DNA of 29,116 nt from Desulfobulbaceae bacterium (GTDB lineage Bacteria; Desulfobacterota; Desulfobulbia; Desulfobulbales; Desulfocapsaceae). Made by a program: the position numbers and the translations under genes. Every line of letters starts with the position of its first letter. Within the stretch, counting starts at the first letter, position 1. Positions 1 to 10,168 of the stretch are shown piece after piece. The notes beneath the pieces were generated by a model. It did no database searches and was not told the DNA's origin. It saw nothing but the letters and a program-made list of their open reading frames with translations. The stretch lies in assembly GCA_024643445.1 (NCBI GenBank), contig JAHEMX010000002.1, positions 1 through 29,116 of the forward strand. Reading direction: 5' to 3'.

Positions 1-2
1 CT

Positions 3-752
3 TTTGTCATCTTTGCCCAGGTGGTTCTTCCCGGCACCATATCAACGACCAACGAAATCTGGTTCAAACAGGTACGCGGCAAAGTGCCGCTCGGTATTTT
101 CCGCAACGGTCGTTATTATTACCAGGGCAGCGAAGGGTTCTACTCGTTCCGATGGCCCAACAAGGATCTCATGGTTTTCAGGGATTTCTCCTATTCGACC
201 TGGGACGAGAATTACAACGTCAGGTCCATGACCGTTGCAAATTTTGCGGACTGGCTTCCCGAGACATCCTCATGGCTGCTCAAGCAGGGGCAGATAATCG
301 AACGTAGCGAACGTAGTTCTTTTGTTGCCAAGCCGTTTGAAACCTGGACACTGCAGTTCCCTGAATCCCCGGGAGACTTTCTCATCCCGGAATACGAGTC
401 GGCCGAGATGTCCCTGACCGGTCTTTACACTGATATAGACAAACAGGATACCGAGAGCGATACCGTCAAGACCCGGGCGGAATTCTATGGACGCATCTCC
501 TATCTCGTTCTCGGCATTCCGCTCCTGTTTCTTGGTCTGCCGATCCTGATCATCTCGTATCGCCGGTGGGGAAGAGACCTCTCCATCGCCATCCCGATCA
601 GCTGCTTCATAGCCTTCGGCGCCTGGGGAATATGGGGAGCACTTCAGTCTTTTGCCAAGACCGGCTACATTCCGCCCATGCCCGCTGCCTTCGGCGTCCA
701 TATTGTTTTCACCTTTCTCGGTATATACCTGCTGAACAGAGAGGACAGGTGA
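3..752 (+). CDS. lptG: LptF/LptG (YjgP/YjgQ) LPS export ABC permease, 5'-truncated by the window
   Basis: The frame is open from the window edge (ttt gtc atc ttt gcc cag gtg...). A beta-rich periplasmic segment is followed by three C-terminal TM helices (..FLGLPILIISYRRWGRDLSIAIPISCFIAFGAWGIWGALQSFAKTGYIPP..). LptG versus LptF is not certain. Confidence 0.7.
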   Translation, partial: FVIFAQVVLPGTISTTNEIWFKQVRGKVPLGIFRNGRYYYQGSEGFYSFRWPNKDLMVFRDFSYSTWDENYNVRSMTVANFADWLPETSSWLLKQGQIIERSERSSFVAKPFETWTLQFPESPGDFLIPEYESAEMSLTGLYTDIDKQDTESDTVKTRAEFYGRISYLVLGIPLLFLGLPILIISYRRWGRDLSIAIPISCFIAFGAWGIWGALQSFAKTGYIPPMPAAFGVHIVFTFLGIYLLNREDR

Positions 753-758
753 GCTCTG

Positions 759-1601
759 ATGAAGCAGGAAAACAACGGCATCGTCTGGAGCGCACCGGCG
801 CTTCCTCTTTATCAGTCGCTGGAACCCCTGCTCGATGCAGCCGGCCTGATCGACGCACTGGCCGGGCAGCAGACGGTTGTGATCAAACCGAATCTGGTCG
901 AGGCGCTCGATCCCCCCATTACCACGCCGGTCGGTATTGTCGAGGCCATGGTCGACTATCTTGTCAAACGCAGGACCGATATCGAAATCATCGTTGCCGA
1001 TGGTACCGGCTCACGTGAATACGATACCTTTCACTGCTTTGAGCGCCTGGCCTATCTGCCTCTGGGCAGGAAAGAGCGTGTCGAATTGCGCGACCTCAAT
1101 ACCGAGCCGTCCCGTAAACTCGTTGATGCCTCCTGCAAACGGTGGCCGCAGATGTATCTTCCCGAACTGCTTTTCCAGAGTTTTCTGATCTCTGTTCCGG
1201 TACTCAAAGCGCACTCGCTGTCGAGGGTGACACTTACCATGAAAAACATGATGGGCTGCGCCCCTCCGGCTCATTTCAGCGGCGGAGGCAGCTGGGGCAA
1301 ATCCTCGTTTCACCGGGGGTTAGAAGAAGCGATTTTTGACCTGAATCGCTACCGGACGCCTGATTTTACTGTCCTGGATGCAACGATCGGCATGGCCCGG
1401 GCCCACCTCTGGGGACCGACCTGCAACCCGCCGGTAAACCGTATTGCCCTCTCCTATGATCCGGTCGCCATTGATTCCTACGGGACATCGCTGCTGCATA
1501 AATCGTGGCGTGATATCGGCCATATCAGGATGGCCCACCAGGTTCTCGGTATCGCCGAGCCACTGGATATCAGGGAACCAGACCTGATTCAGGTGCAATA
1601 A
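759..1601 (+). CDS. DUF362 domain protein (280 aa)
   Basis: Family motifs VVIKPN, ISVPVLKAH..VTLTMKNMMG and DPVAIDS. Starts 6 nt after the lptG stop. Confidence 0.8.
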   Translation: MKQENNGIVWSAPALPLYQSLEPLLDAAGLIDALAGQQTVVIKPNLVEALDPPITTPVGIVEAMVDYLVKRRTDIEIIVADGTGSREYDTFHCFERLAYLPLGRKERVELRDLNTEPSRKLVDASCKRWPQMYLPELLFQSFLISVPVLKAHSLSRVTLTMKNMMGCAPPAHFSGGGSWGKSSFHRGLEEAIFDLNRYRTPDFTVLDATIGMARAHLWGPTCNPPVNRIALSYDPVAIDSYGTSLLHKSWRDIGHIRMAHQVLGIAEPLDIREPDLIQVQ

Positions 1602-1638
1602 AAAAAGGGGGACGGCGCTGAAGCGCCTCCCCCTTTTT
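1601..1638. terminator. Bidirectional intrinsic terminator between convergent DUF362 and FKBP genes
   Basis: aaaaaa-ggggga-c-ggcgc-tgaa-gcgcc-tccccc-ttttt: a GC stem with an A-tract before and a T-tract after. Confidence 0.85.
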
Positions 1639-1659
1639 CCCGCTGTTTGGGGCCGGACT

Positions 1660-2436
1660 TTATTGTGCCTTTTTCTCCTCCGATTTCTCCTCGGGTTTCT
1701 CTTCCGTTTTTTCCTCCGCTTTCACTTCCGGCTGCTTCTCGATGCCGAGCAAATCGATTTCGAAAACCAGCACCGAGTTCGGCTGGATAACCGGTGGCAC
1801 GCCTTTTTCACCGTAAGCAAGATCAGACGGAATTACCACCCGGTATTTGGAGCCAACCTCCATCAACTGGACCGCTTCGCTCCAGCCGGGGATAACCTGG
1901 CTGACCGGGAATACTGCCGGCTCGCCGCGCTTGATGGAGCTGTCGAATTCGGTGCCATCGATCAGGCTGCCGACATAATCGACCTTTACGATGTCTTCGG
2001 CTGTCGGTTTCGGCCCGCTGCCCTTTTTCAGCTCCTGGTACTGGACGCCGGTGTCGGTGACCTTCACCCCTTCTTTCTTTTTGTTCTCCTCAAGAAAAGC
2101 CAGCCCGGCAGCAGCGTTCTTCTCCATCATCTCGGTAAGCTGCCGCTCCTGCTCGGCTTTCATGGTCAGGGCGAACTCTTCCTGGACGGCGGTAATTTCC
2201 TCTTTACTCAGCTTTGGTTCTGCTCCGGTAATACCATCGTCCATCCCCTGTTTCAGCACGTCAAGGGTGATCTTGTCTCCCATCGTTTTCAGGTATCCGC
2301 CAAGATCGAGACCGATGGAGTAACTGAGTTTTTCCTGGAAGGTCTTGAATGGACCTTCGTCCTTTGTCTCTGCAGCATTGAGGCAGAAGGGGAACACGAT
2401 TAAACCGAGCGCAAGGCTCACGATAACTTTCTTCAT
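1660..2436 (-). CDS. fkpA: Exported FKBP-type peptidyl-prolyl cis-trans isomerase (FkpA/Mip-like, 258 aa)
   Basis: Start moved to MKKVIVS at 2436, which has an AGGAGA SD. Signal peptide (..FCLNA/AE), FKBP_N region (LSYSIGLDLG) and FKBP_C region (DYVGSLIDGTEFDSS, VIPGWSEA, PSDLAYG, NSVLVFEIDLL). Confidence 0.9.
   Translation of the reverse strand: MKKVIVSLALGLIVFPFCLNAAETKDEGPFKTFQEKLSYSIGLDLGGYLKTMGDKITLDVLKQGMDDGITGAEPKLSKEEITAVQEEFALTMKAEQERQLTEMMEKNAAAGLAFLEENKKKEGVKVTDTGVQYQELKKGSGPKPTAEDIVKVDYVGSLIDGTEFDSSIKRGEPAVFPVSQVIPGWSEAVQLMEVGSKYRVVIPSDLAYGEKGVPPVIQPNSVLVFEIDLLGIEKQPEVKAEEKTEEKPEEKSEEKKAQ
1672..1719 (-). repeat. Degenerate 12-nt tandem repeat x4 encoding AEEK-TEEK-PEEK-SEEK
   Basis: Plus strand reads tttctcctccga tttctcctcggg tttctcttccgt tttttcctccgc. 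Confidence 0.7.
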
Positions 2437-2474
2437 TATGTCTCCTAAGTTTTTAATAGGTGTGGGTGATCCCG

Positions 2475-2499
2475 CACCTCCTGCGTAAGGCAGGAGGTG
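2475..2499. other. Perfect 10-bp hairpin upstream of the FKBP gene
   Basis: cacctcctgc-gtaag-gcaggaggtg. No U-tract on either side, so probably not a terminator. Confidence 0.6.
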
Positions 2500-2576
2500 G
2501 TAACAAACCATCTGTTTATAACGTTTTCATCGGCAAAGGGCCAGATAATTTCTGGTTGCCGGTATCTCTTGCGGTT

Positions 2577-3026
2577 TTACAGCAGCACGATGGTGACGCC
2601 CGGATTGTTGAATTCGGACCCGCATCGCTGTTCAAGCTCAGGGAATCTTCGGATCAACGCCTTTCCCGCCCCGGAACGCCTGTTGAATTCCTCGCCACCG
2701 ATGAACCCCTTCAATTTTTTCTGCTGAACCATATAATCGAGGATTTTCCTGCATTCAAGCCTGATACTGCCGCCTTTTCCGGATGATCCGTAGCCATGAA
2801 TCAGGGACAGCACCATGACGTTCTCGTTTCGCGCCCGGCCGATCTCAAGCTCCAGCCGCTTCAGGGCAGTTGCAACCGTGGGCCGGCCCCGTTCCAGATT
2901 TATCTTCCGGTGCAGGACAAAGGTCTTTACCGCATCTGTTGCCGCATCCGCAAGCACACTGCCGCAATATCTGCAGGCAGCACTTCCCGCTTCGCCTTCA
3001 TTTCCGCATACGGGACAGAGTGTCAT
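2577..3026 (-). CDS. Stand-alone Smr-domain protein with N-terminal zinc ribbon (149 aa)
   Basis: Start moved to MTLCPVCG at 3026, which has an AGGAGA SD. CPVC..CRYC ribbon, Smr-like core INLERGRPTVATAL..LIHGYGSSGKGG and C-terminal NPGVTIVLL. Confidence 0.8.
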   Translation of the reverse strand: MTLCPVCGNEGEAGSAACRYCGSVLADAATDAVKTFVLHRKINLERGRPTVATALKRLELEIGRARNENVMVLSLIHGYGSSGKGGSIRLECRKILDYMVQQKKLKGFIGGEEFNRRSGAGKALIRRFPELEQRCGSEFNNPGVTIVLL

Positions 3027-3169
3027 GTTCTCCTGCTCCCGGCCTGCACCGGGTTTATCTGCGACCTCAGCAATAGCCTCTCCCCCGTTTTGTTTTAAAC
3101 GCGACGCCCGACCCTTCTGCAGCAACGGTTCAAGGCCCCGGGCACCCCCTATTCGCAGTTCATCGCGGC

Positions 3170-5356
3170 CTACAATCGCCGGGCAGATATTACCGGCGTC
3201 ATCTGGTGAAGATGCTTGAGAAGTGTCTGGAGATGATCAAGGTTTCTCACCTCAAGAGCAATGGTGAACTCAACGGTATTAACCGGGGTGGTGTGCGCAG
3301 ATATCTCCACGATCGAGGCGTCGTCTGAACCGATGGCTGAGCTGATATCGGCAAAAATCCCTTTGCTGTTTTCTGTAAACACCTGTATTTCCGCGCGGTA
3401 GTGCTGCTGTTCCACGCTGTTCCAGAAGACCTCCAGCCAGCGCTGAGGATCCGATTTCAGCAGGTTCGGGCAGTCCGCTTTGTGCACCGAAACACCACGC
3501 CCGGTGGTGATGAACCCGAGAATCGGGTCGCCCGGGACAGGATTGCAGCAATGGCTGACCTTGGCCAGCATATCGTCAACACCATCGATATAGATGGCAG
3601 ATCCGCTTTTGCCCCCGCCGGGGTGCTGCTGACGGCTCACCATTGCCGCTGCAAGCTCTGCGGGCGTCATCTCGGCTGTCGCGGCTTCGTGTTCCTTCCT
3701 GAGTTCCGGCGGATCAAGAGCCTTGACCAGGTTCTGAACCGTAATATTGCCGCCGCCGACCTTGGTCAGCATGTCATCCAGTGAGTTGCAGCGAAGTGTC
3801 TTGAGCAGCAATTTGATATGACCGCTTTTAAGCAATTTTTTCAGCGTCAGATCGTGTTTTTTCAACTCCCGTTCACAGATTTCCCGGCCAAGGATCAATG
3901 CCTTCCCGGTCTCTTCACGCCGCAGCCAGGACCTGATTCGGGTACGGGCCCGGCCGCTCTTTACCATGTCCAGCCAGCCACGCCGCGGAACCTGGTTCGG
4001 CGAGGTGATGATCTCGACGATATCACCGTTCTGCAGGTGATATTTGAGGGGAACGAGGCGACCGTTCACCTTGGCTCCGGCACAGTGATCCCCCACTTCC
4101 GAGTGAATGGCGTAGGCAAAATCTATCGGACAGCTCTGGGCCGGAAACTCCTTCACTTCACCGTTCGGCGTCAGGGCATACACTTCAGGATCGTGCAGCT
4201 CCCCGCGCAGGCTTTCGAGAAATTCCCGCGAGTCTTCAACATCCTGCAGCGAATTGACAAGTTTTTTCAGTTCCCTGAAGACCCTGGCGTCCTTCTTGTC
4301 TATCTGCTGACCTTCCTTGTAGGCCCAGTGCGCCGCAACACCTTCCTGGGCGACCCGGTCCATTTCCTCGGTCCTGATCTGTATTTCGATAAAGTGATCC
4401 CGGGGACCCACAACCGTCGTATGCATCGACTGGTAGTTATTGGCCTTCGGCACGGAAATAAAATCCTTGATACGTCCGGGAACCGGCGACCAGTTGGCAT
4501 GGATGATGCCCAGCGCCTCGTAGCAATCCTTTACCGAGTCGACAATGATCCTGAAGGCAACCCGGTCATAGACCCGCTCGAGCGGGATATCCTGGGCAAC
4601 GAGTTTCTTGTAGATTGAATAGAGATGCTTCGGCCTGCCGATAATTCTGATCGGAGATACGCCGCTGTTGTGCAGTTTTTCATAGAGAACCGCAATCATC
4701 TCGTCAACATAATTCTGGCGTTCTTCGAGAGAGTCCTCCAGTTTGCCGTTGAGGTCTTCGTAATCTGAAGGATAGAGATACTTAAAGGAAAAATCCTCCA
4801 GCTTACGCTTGATCCAGTCGATACCAAGTCTGCTTGCCAGCGGGGCATAGAGGTCCAGGGTTTCCCGGGCAATTTCCAGCTGTTTATCGCGATCCACGAG
4901 ATCGAGCAGCACCATGTCCTGGAGACGGTCGACAAGCCTCACCAGCAGTACCCTGATGTCCTTGGCCATGGCCAGAAGCATCTTGCGCATGTTCTCGGCC
5001 TGACTCGCCAGCCGGCTGTTGTACTGGACACTGGTTATTTTTGTGGCACCGCTGACGATATAGGCAACATCCTCCCCGAACTTCTCTTCCAGCTCGTCAA
5101 AGGACAAACCGTTTTTCAGGGAACCGTGCAGCAGACCGGAAATAATGGTGTCCAGATCAAGGTGCATGGAGGCAAGCGTCGAAGCAACCTCCAGGGCATG
5201 AATCAGGTAGGGTTCACCGGAAAAGTGCTTGCCGCCGCGGTGCAGATCAACCGCAATTTCCCAGGCCTGATCAATCGGGGTGAGATCGACACCGTGCAGA
5301 TAATTGGCAGCAAGCAGCTTCAGACCGCCGGGATTTATGGCTGAATCATACCCCAT
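3170..5356 (-). CDS. relA: Long RelA/SpoT homologue, (p)ppGpp synthetase with degenerate hydrolase domain (728 aa)
   Basis: Motifs SGEPY, YAPLASRLG, GRPKHLYSIYKK, RIKDFI..YQSMHT, EIQIRT; TGS domain (PIDFAYAIHSEVG), Cys-rich ZFD (CCNPVPGD..HKADC) and C-terminal ACT/RRM. Confidence 0.93.
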   Translation of the reverse strand: MGYDSAINPGGLKLLAANYLHGVDLTPIDQAWEIAVDLHRGGKHFSGEPYLIHALEVASTLASMHLDLDTIISGLLHGSLKNGLSFDELEEKFGEDVAYIVSGATKITSVQYNSRLASQAENMRKMLLAMAKDIRVLLVRLVDRLQDMVLLDLVDRDKQLEIARETLDLYAPLASRLGIDWIKRKLEDFSFKYLYPSDYEDLNGKLEDSLEERQNYVDEMIAVLYEKLHNSGVSPIRIIGRPKHLYSIYKKLVAQDIPLERVYDRVAFRIIVDSVKDCYEALGIIHANWSPVPGRIKDFISVPKANNYQSMHTTVVGPRDHFIEIQIRTEEMDRVAQEGVAAHWAYKEGQQIDKKDARVFRELKKLVNSLQDVEDSREFLESLRGELHDPEVYALTPNGEVKEFPAQSCPIDFAYAIHSEVGDHCAGAKVNGRLVPLKYHLQNGDIVEIITSPNQVPRRGWLDMVKSGRARTRIRSWLRREETGKALILGREICERELKKHDLTLKKLLKSGHIKLLLKTLRCNSLDDMLTKVGGGNITVQNLVKALDPPELRKEHEAATAEMTPAELAAAMVSRQQHPGGGKSGSAIYIDGVDDMLAKVSHCCNPVPGDPILGFITTGRGVSVHKADCPNLLKSDPQRWLEVFWNSVEQQHYRAEIQVFTENSKGIFADISSAIGSDDASIVEISAHTTPVNTVEFTIALEVRNLDHLQTLLKHLHQMTPVISARRL

Positions 5357-5365
5357 AAAACCCCT

Positions 5366-7081
<1,716 letters not shown>

Positions 7082-7220
7082 CTCTTCCCTGTATCTGAAC
7101 GTATAAAAAAATTGGCTCAGGCCACACCCAGCTCCGGCCGATGCCCCGGCCTCAGAAATAACCGTCCCTTCACGCATTACCGGGATATAGCCGTCCCAGG
7201 CAGTGGTGGCCGGTACGGCT

Positions 7221-8312
7221 TTACTTATCCTGAGCCTGCCTGCGCTCCTCTTCCATTAATTTCAGCTCCTGCATGAACACAGGCAGCAACTCTTTTTCCG
7301 GTACCTTCTTGAAGATTTCACCCTTCTTGAAGATAATACCGACACCGCGGCCACCGGCAACGCCGATATCGGCTTCGCGTGCCTCGCCGGGCCCATTGAC
7401 ACAACAGCCCATCACCGCCACCTTAATGGTTGACTGCATGGACTGAATATATTTCTCCACCTCTTCGACCAGAGCAAACAGATTGATTTTGGTCCGGCCG
7501 CAGCTTGGACAGGAAATAAGTTCGGGACCTCGCTCTCTGATTTTCAGCGCACGCAACAGTTCAAAAGCAACCCTGATCTCTTCAAGCGGATCGCGGGTCA
7601 AGGAAATCCTGAAGGTATCTCCGATTCCTTCGGAGAGAAGGATACCAAGGGCAACGCTTGATTTGACGGTTCCACCGATCAGTCCCCCCGCTTCGGTTAC
7701 CCCAAGATGCAGGGGATAGTTGGTCTTGCCGGAAAGCTCCCGATAACCGTTAATCGTGGTCAGCACATCCGATGATTTTATCGAAATCTTGATTTCTTCA
7801 AAACCAAGGTCCTCGAGCATCCGCACATTACGCAGGGCACTCTCGATGAGGGCCTGCGGTTTATCCGGGGTCGGGAATCCATATTTCTTGAGCAAATCCT
7901 TTTCTATCGAACCGCTGTTCACGCCGACCCGTATCGGCACCCGGTGCTGTTTCGCCGCATCTACCGTTTTTTCCAGTTTTTTCGCCCCCCCGAGGTTACC
8001 GGGATTAATGCGGACAGCATGGGCTCCACGCTCCATCGCAGCAACCGCAAGCCGCCAGTCAAAATGAATATCTGCAATAAGTGGTATACCTATCTGATCA
8101 CGAATGTCCCGAATAGCTGAGGCGGCAGCCATGTCGGGCACGGCGACCCTGATAAGCTCGCAGCCGCCTTTTTCCAGACGCTCTATCTGGGCAAGGGTCT
8201 CGTCCACTCTGGCGGTATCGGTATTCGTCATTGACTGCACGGAAATCGGTGCATCACCTCCGACGGGAGTGGAGCCGATCATGATCTGTCGAGTCTTCTT
8301 CCTGGTAATCAT
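7221..8312 (-). CDS. ispG: 4-hydroxy-3-methylbut-2-en-1-yl diphosphate synthase
   Basis: Motifs ISVQSMTNT, PLIADIHF, RINPGN, PLHLGVTEAG, GIGDTFRISL, CPSCGR and MGCCVNGPGEA. Confidence 0.97.
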   Translation of the reverse strand: MITRKKTRQIMIGSTPVGGDAPISVQSMTNTDTARVDETLAQIERLEKGGCELIRVAVPDMAAASAIRDIRDQIGIPLIADIHFDWRLAVAAMERGAHAVRINPGNLGGAKKLEKTVDAAKQHRVPIRVGVNSGSIEKDLLKKYGFPTPDKPQALIESALRNVRMLEDLGFEEIKISIKSSDVLTTINGYRELSGKTNYPLHLGVTEAGGLIGGTVKSSVALGILLSEGIGDTFRISLTRDPLEEIRVAFELLRALKIRERGPELISCPSCGRTKINLFALVEEVEKYIQSMQSTIKVAVMGCCVNGPGEAREADIGVAGGRGVGIIFKKGEIFKKVPEKELLPVFMQELKLMEEERRQAQDK

Positions 8313-9064
8313 TTTTGTCCTTTTTCAGCCGATTGCAGCTTCGCAGGCCGCCTTACCGGTTTCACCAGGCTCAACTCGGCATCCGATGACCGCACGTAGG
8401 CGGGCATGGAGCCAGCCAGATCAAGAAATTGACCGGCCAGGTACGCTTCGTTCGCCAGAAAACCGATACTATCCGCCGCCGGGAAGCAATTCCGGGCAGG
8501 CGCTATTTCCAGCCTGTTTCCAAGCAGTTCAGACCAGAGGCTATTATAAACATCGACACCGTCTCCCGCCATAACCACCGGTTCGTTGATCTGCTGTGCC
8601 AGCACCTCCGGCGGCAGGACTGCCGGCTCGGAACATCTGCTGGCATAGGGTTTTTCGGCGTTGCGATAAAAACAGCTGTAAACCTCTTTCTTGCGGGCAT
8701 CAAGAACGGCGCAGATCAGCTTGTCCGATCGTACTGAAGCGCCAATCGCATCGAGAGAGGAGATGCCAAGAAGCGGTTTGGAGCTCCCATGACACAGCCC
8801 CTTGGCCGTGGCCATCCCGATTCTGAGACCGGTAAAGCTGCCCGGCCCGAGCCCAACCGCAATGGCCGATACCTGCGAAAGGTTTATCGAGGCTTCGGCC
8901 AGCAGTCGGTCTATCGAACTGAGCAACTTCCTGGAATGGGTAATCCCGGAACTGAAATGAACGGAGGCGACAACCGTCCCGTTCACGAATCCGCCCCGGG
9001 TCAGGGCAATGGAACAATTGTTTGTCGCGGTATCAAATGACAGGATGGTTGCCTCGTCTATCAT
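8309..9064 (-). CDS. tsaB: tRNA t6A biosynthesis protein TsaB
   Basis: Motifs LSFDTA, HSRKLL, GLGPGSFTGLRIG, LDARKKEVY and P.YVRSSDAE. ATGA overlaps with both neighbours. Confidence 0.92.
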   Translation of the reverse strand: MIDEATILSFDTATNNCSIALTRGGFVNGTVVASVHFSSGITHSRKLLSSIDRLLAEASINLSQVSAIAVGLGPGSFTGLRIGMATAKGLCHGSSKPLLGISSLDAIGASVRSDKLICAVLDARKKEVYSCFYRNAEKPYASRCSEPAVLPPEVLAQQINEPVVMAGDGVDVYNSLWSELLGNRLEIAPARNCFPAADSIGFLANEAYLAGQFLDLAGSMPAYVRSSDAELSLVKPVRRPAKLQSAEKGQK

Positions 9065-10149
9065 CTCGTAAACATTCTGATTATATCGTTGTAGAAAACG
9101 AAGATCATCAAGGTACCCAGAAGGGCGATGCCAACCTGTTGGGCAACGATCTGTGCCTTCTCGTTCATCGGTTTGCGCCTGATCGCCTCAATGCTGAGGA
9201 AAACGAGATGCCCCCCATCCAGGACCGGAATCGGCAGCAGGTTGAGAATACCGAGATTAACACTGAGCAGCCCCATGAAATGTAAAAAGTTGAGCCAGCC
9301 GGCCCGGGCCTGTTCTCCGGCAAGCTGCGCAATCAGGATTGGGCCGCCCAGTTCGGAGGCGGGAACCACTCTCTGGAGTATCTTGACAATACCCATGAAA
9401 GTCAGATAGATGAACATCCAGGTCTGAGCAAATCCAGCCCTGAGGGCTCCGAAAAATCCGACCGGGACATTTTCTATCAGTTCCTCCTTGACGATACCGA
9501 TCATGAAGCGCTGTTCGACCTCTTCACCAAAGATATTTTTCACACTGTCCACAGCCGGTATAACCGCAATAGTCGTTTTCTGCTGATCACGCATGACGAT
9601 AAAGAGCAGTTCTTTCCCCCCGCTGTCCTTTACCGTGGACAGGACATCGTTCCATTCATTGACGACCTTGTCACCGATGCCAATGATAACATCGCCGGGC
9701 TTAAGCCCGGCCCGTTCGGCCGGCGAACCGACCCCGACACTGCCGATGGTGGTACTCTGCAGACCCTTGTCCATGTTTTGCGGAACCCCCATGAACAGGA
9801 AGATAATGAAGAAAAGAAGGACCGAGAAGAGCAGGTTGAACAAGGGACCGGCAAGAATGATGAAGAAACGGTTCCATACCGGTTTGGAGGCAAAGGAACG
9901 GTCAGTTTCAACACCGCTGTCCTCAGGTTCATCTGGATTCTCTCCATACATTTTCACATAACCGCCAAGCGGAAATATGGAAAGCAGATATTCTGTTTCC
10001 CCTATTACCTTACCCACCACCTTGGGACCAAAGCCGAGGGAAAACTTCAGGACCTTTACCCGGAAAAGTTTTGCGGCCAGGAAATGACCAAGTTCGTGGA
10101 CAAAGATGAGAACGCCGAGAACAACAACGAATGAAACAAGAGTATTCAT
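9061..10149 (-). CDS. rseP: RIP metalloprotease RseP
   Basis: HELGH motif, one PDZ domain and NLLPIPVLDGG. Confidence 0.95.
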   Translation of the reverse strand: MNTLVSFVVVLGVLIFVHELGHFLAAKLFRVKVLKFSLGFGPKVVGKVIGETEYLLSIFPLGGYVKMYGENPDEPEDSGVETDRSFASKPVWNRFFIILAGPLFNLLFSVLLFFIIFLFMGVPQNMDKGLQSTTIGSVGVGSPAERAGLKPGDVIIGIGDKVVNEWNDVLSTVKDSGGKELLFIVMRDQQKTTIAVIPAVDSVKNIFGEEVEQRFMIGIVKEELIENVPVGFFGALRAGFAQTWMFIYLTFMGIVKILQRVVPASELGGPILIAQLAGEQARAGWLNFLHFMGLLSVNLGILNLLPIPVLDGGHLVFLSIEAIRRKPMNEKAQIVAQQVGIALLGTLMIFVFYNDIIRMFTR

Positions 10150-10168
10150 AATGAAAAGTGGGAGTCTG

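Noticed and set aside
1663-2403. 246-aa plus-strand ORF antisense to the FKBP gene
   Set aside because: Codon-for-codon antisense shadow. Its Phe/Leu-rich start is just the complement of the Lys/Glu tail.
3027-3169. Possible ncRNA (6S or SRP) or terminator between rel and smr
   Set aside because: No SRP core motif or 6S-like long duplex. Only a 5-bp cccgg/ccggg stem.
3818-4618. 266-aa plus-strand ORF antisense to the RSH gene
   Set aside because: Lies fully within a conserved gene on the opposite strand, with shadow-like composition.
7082-7220. Possible T-box leader upstream of proS
   Set aside because: Only 139 nt, with no GGTGGNACC T-box bulge or recognisable stem I. Only weak stems (agccgt/acggct; tggc/gcca before a T7 run).
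10150-10168. No SD before rseP
   Set aside because: The 19-nt gap after the dxr stop is compatible with reinitiation; common and unremarkable.
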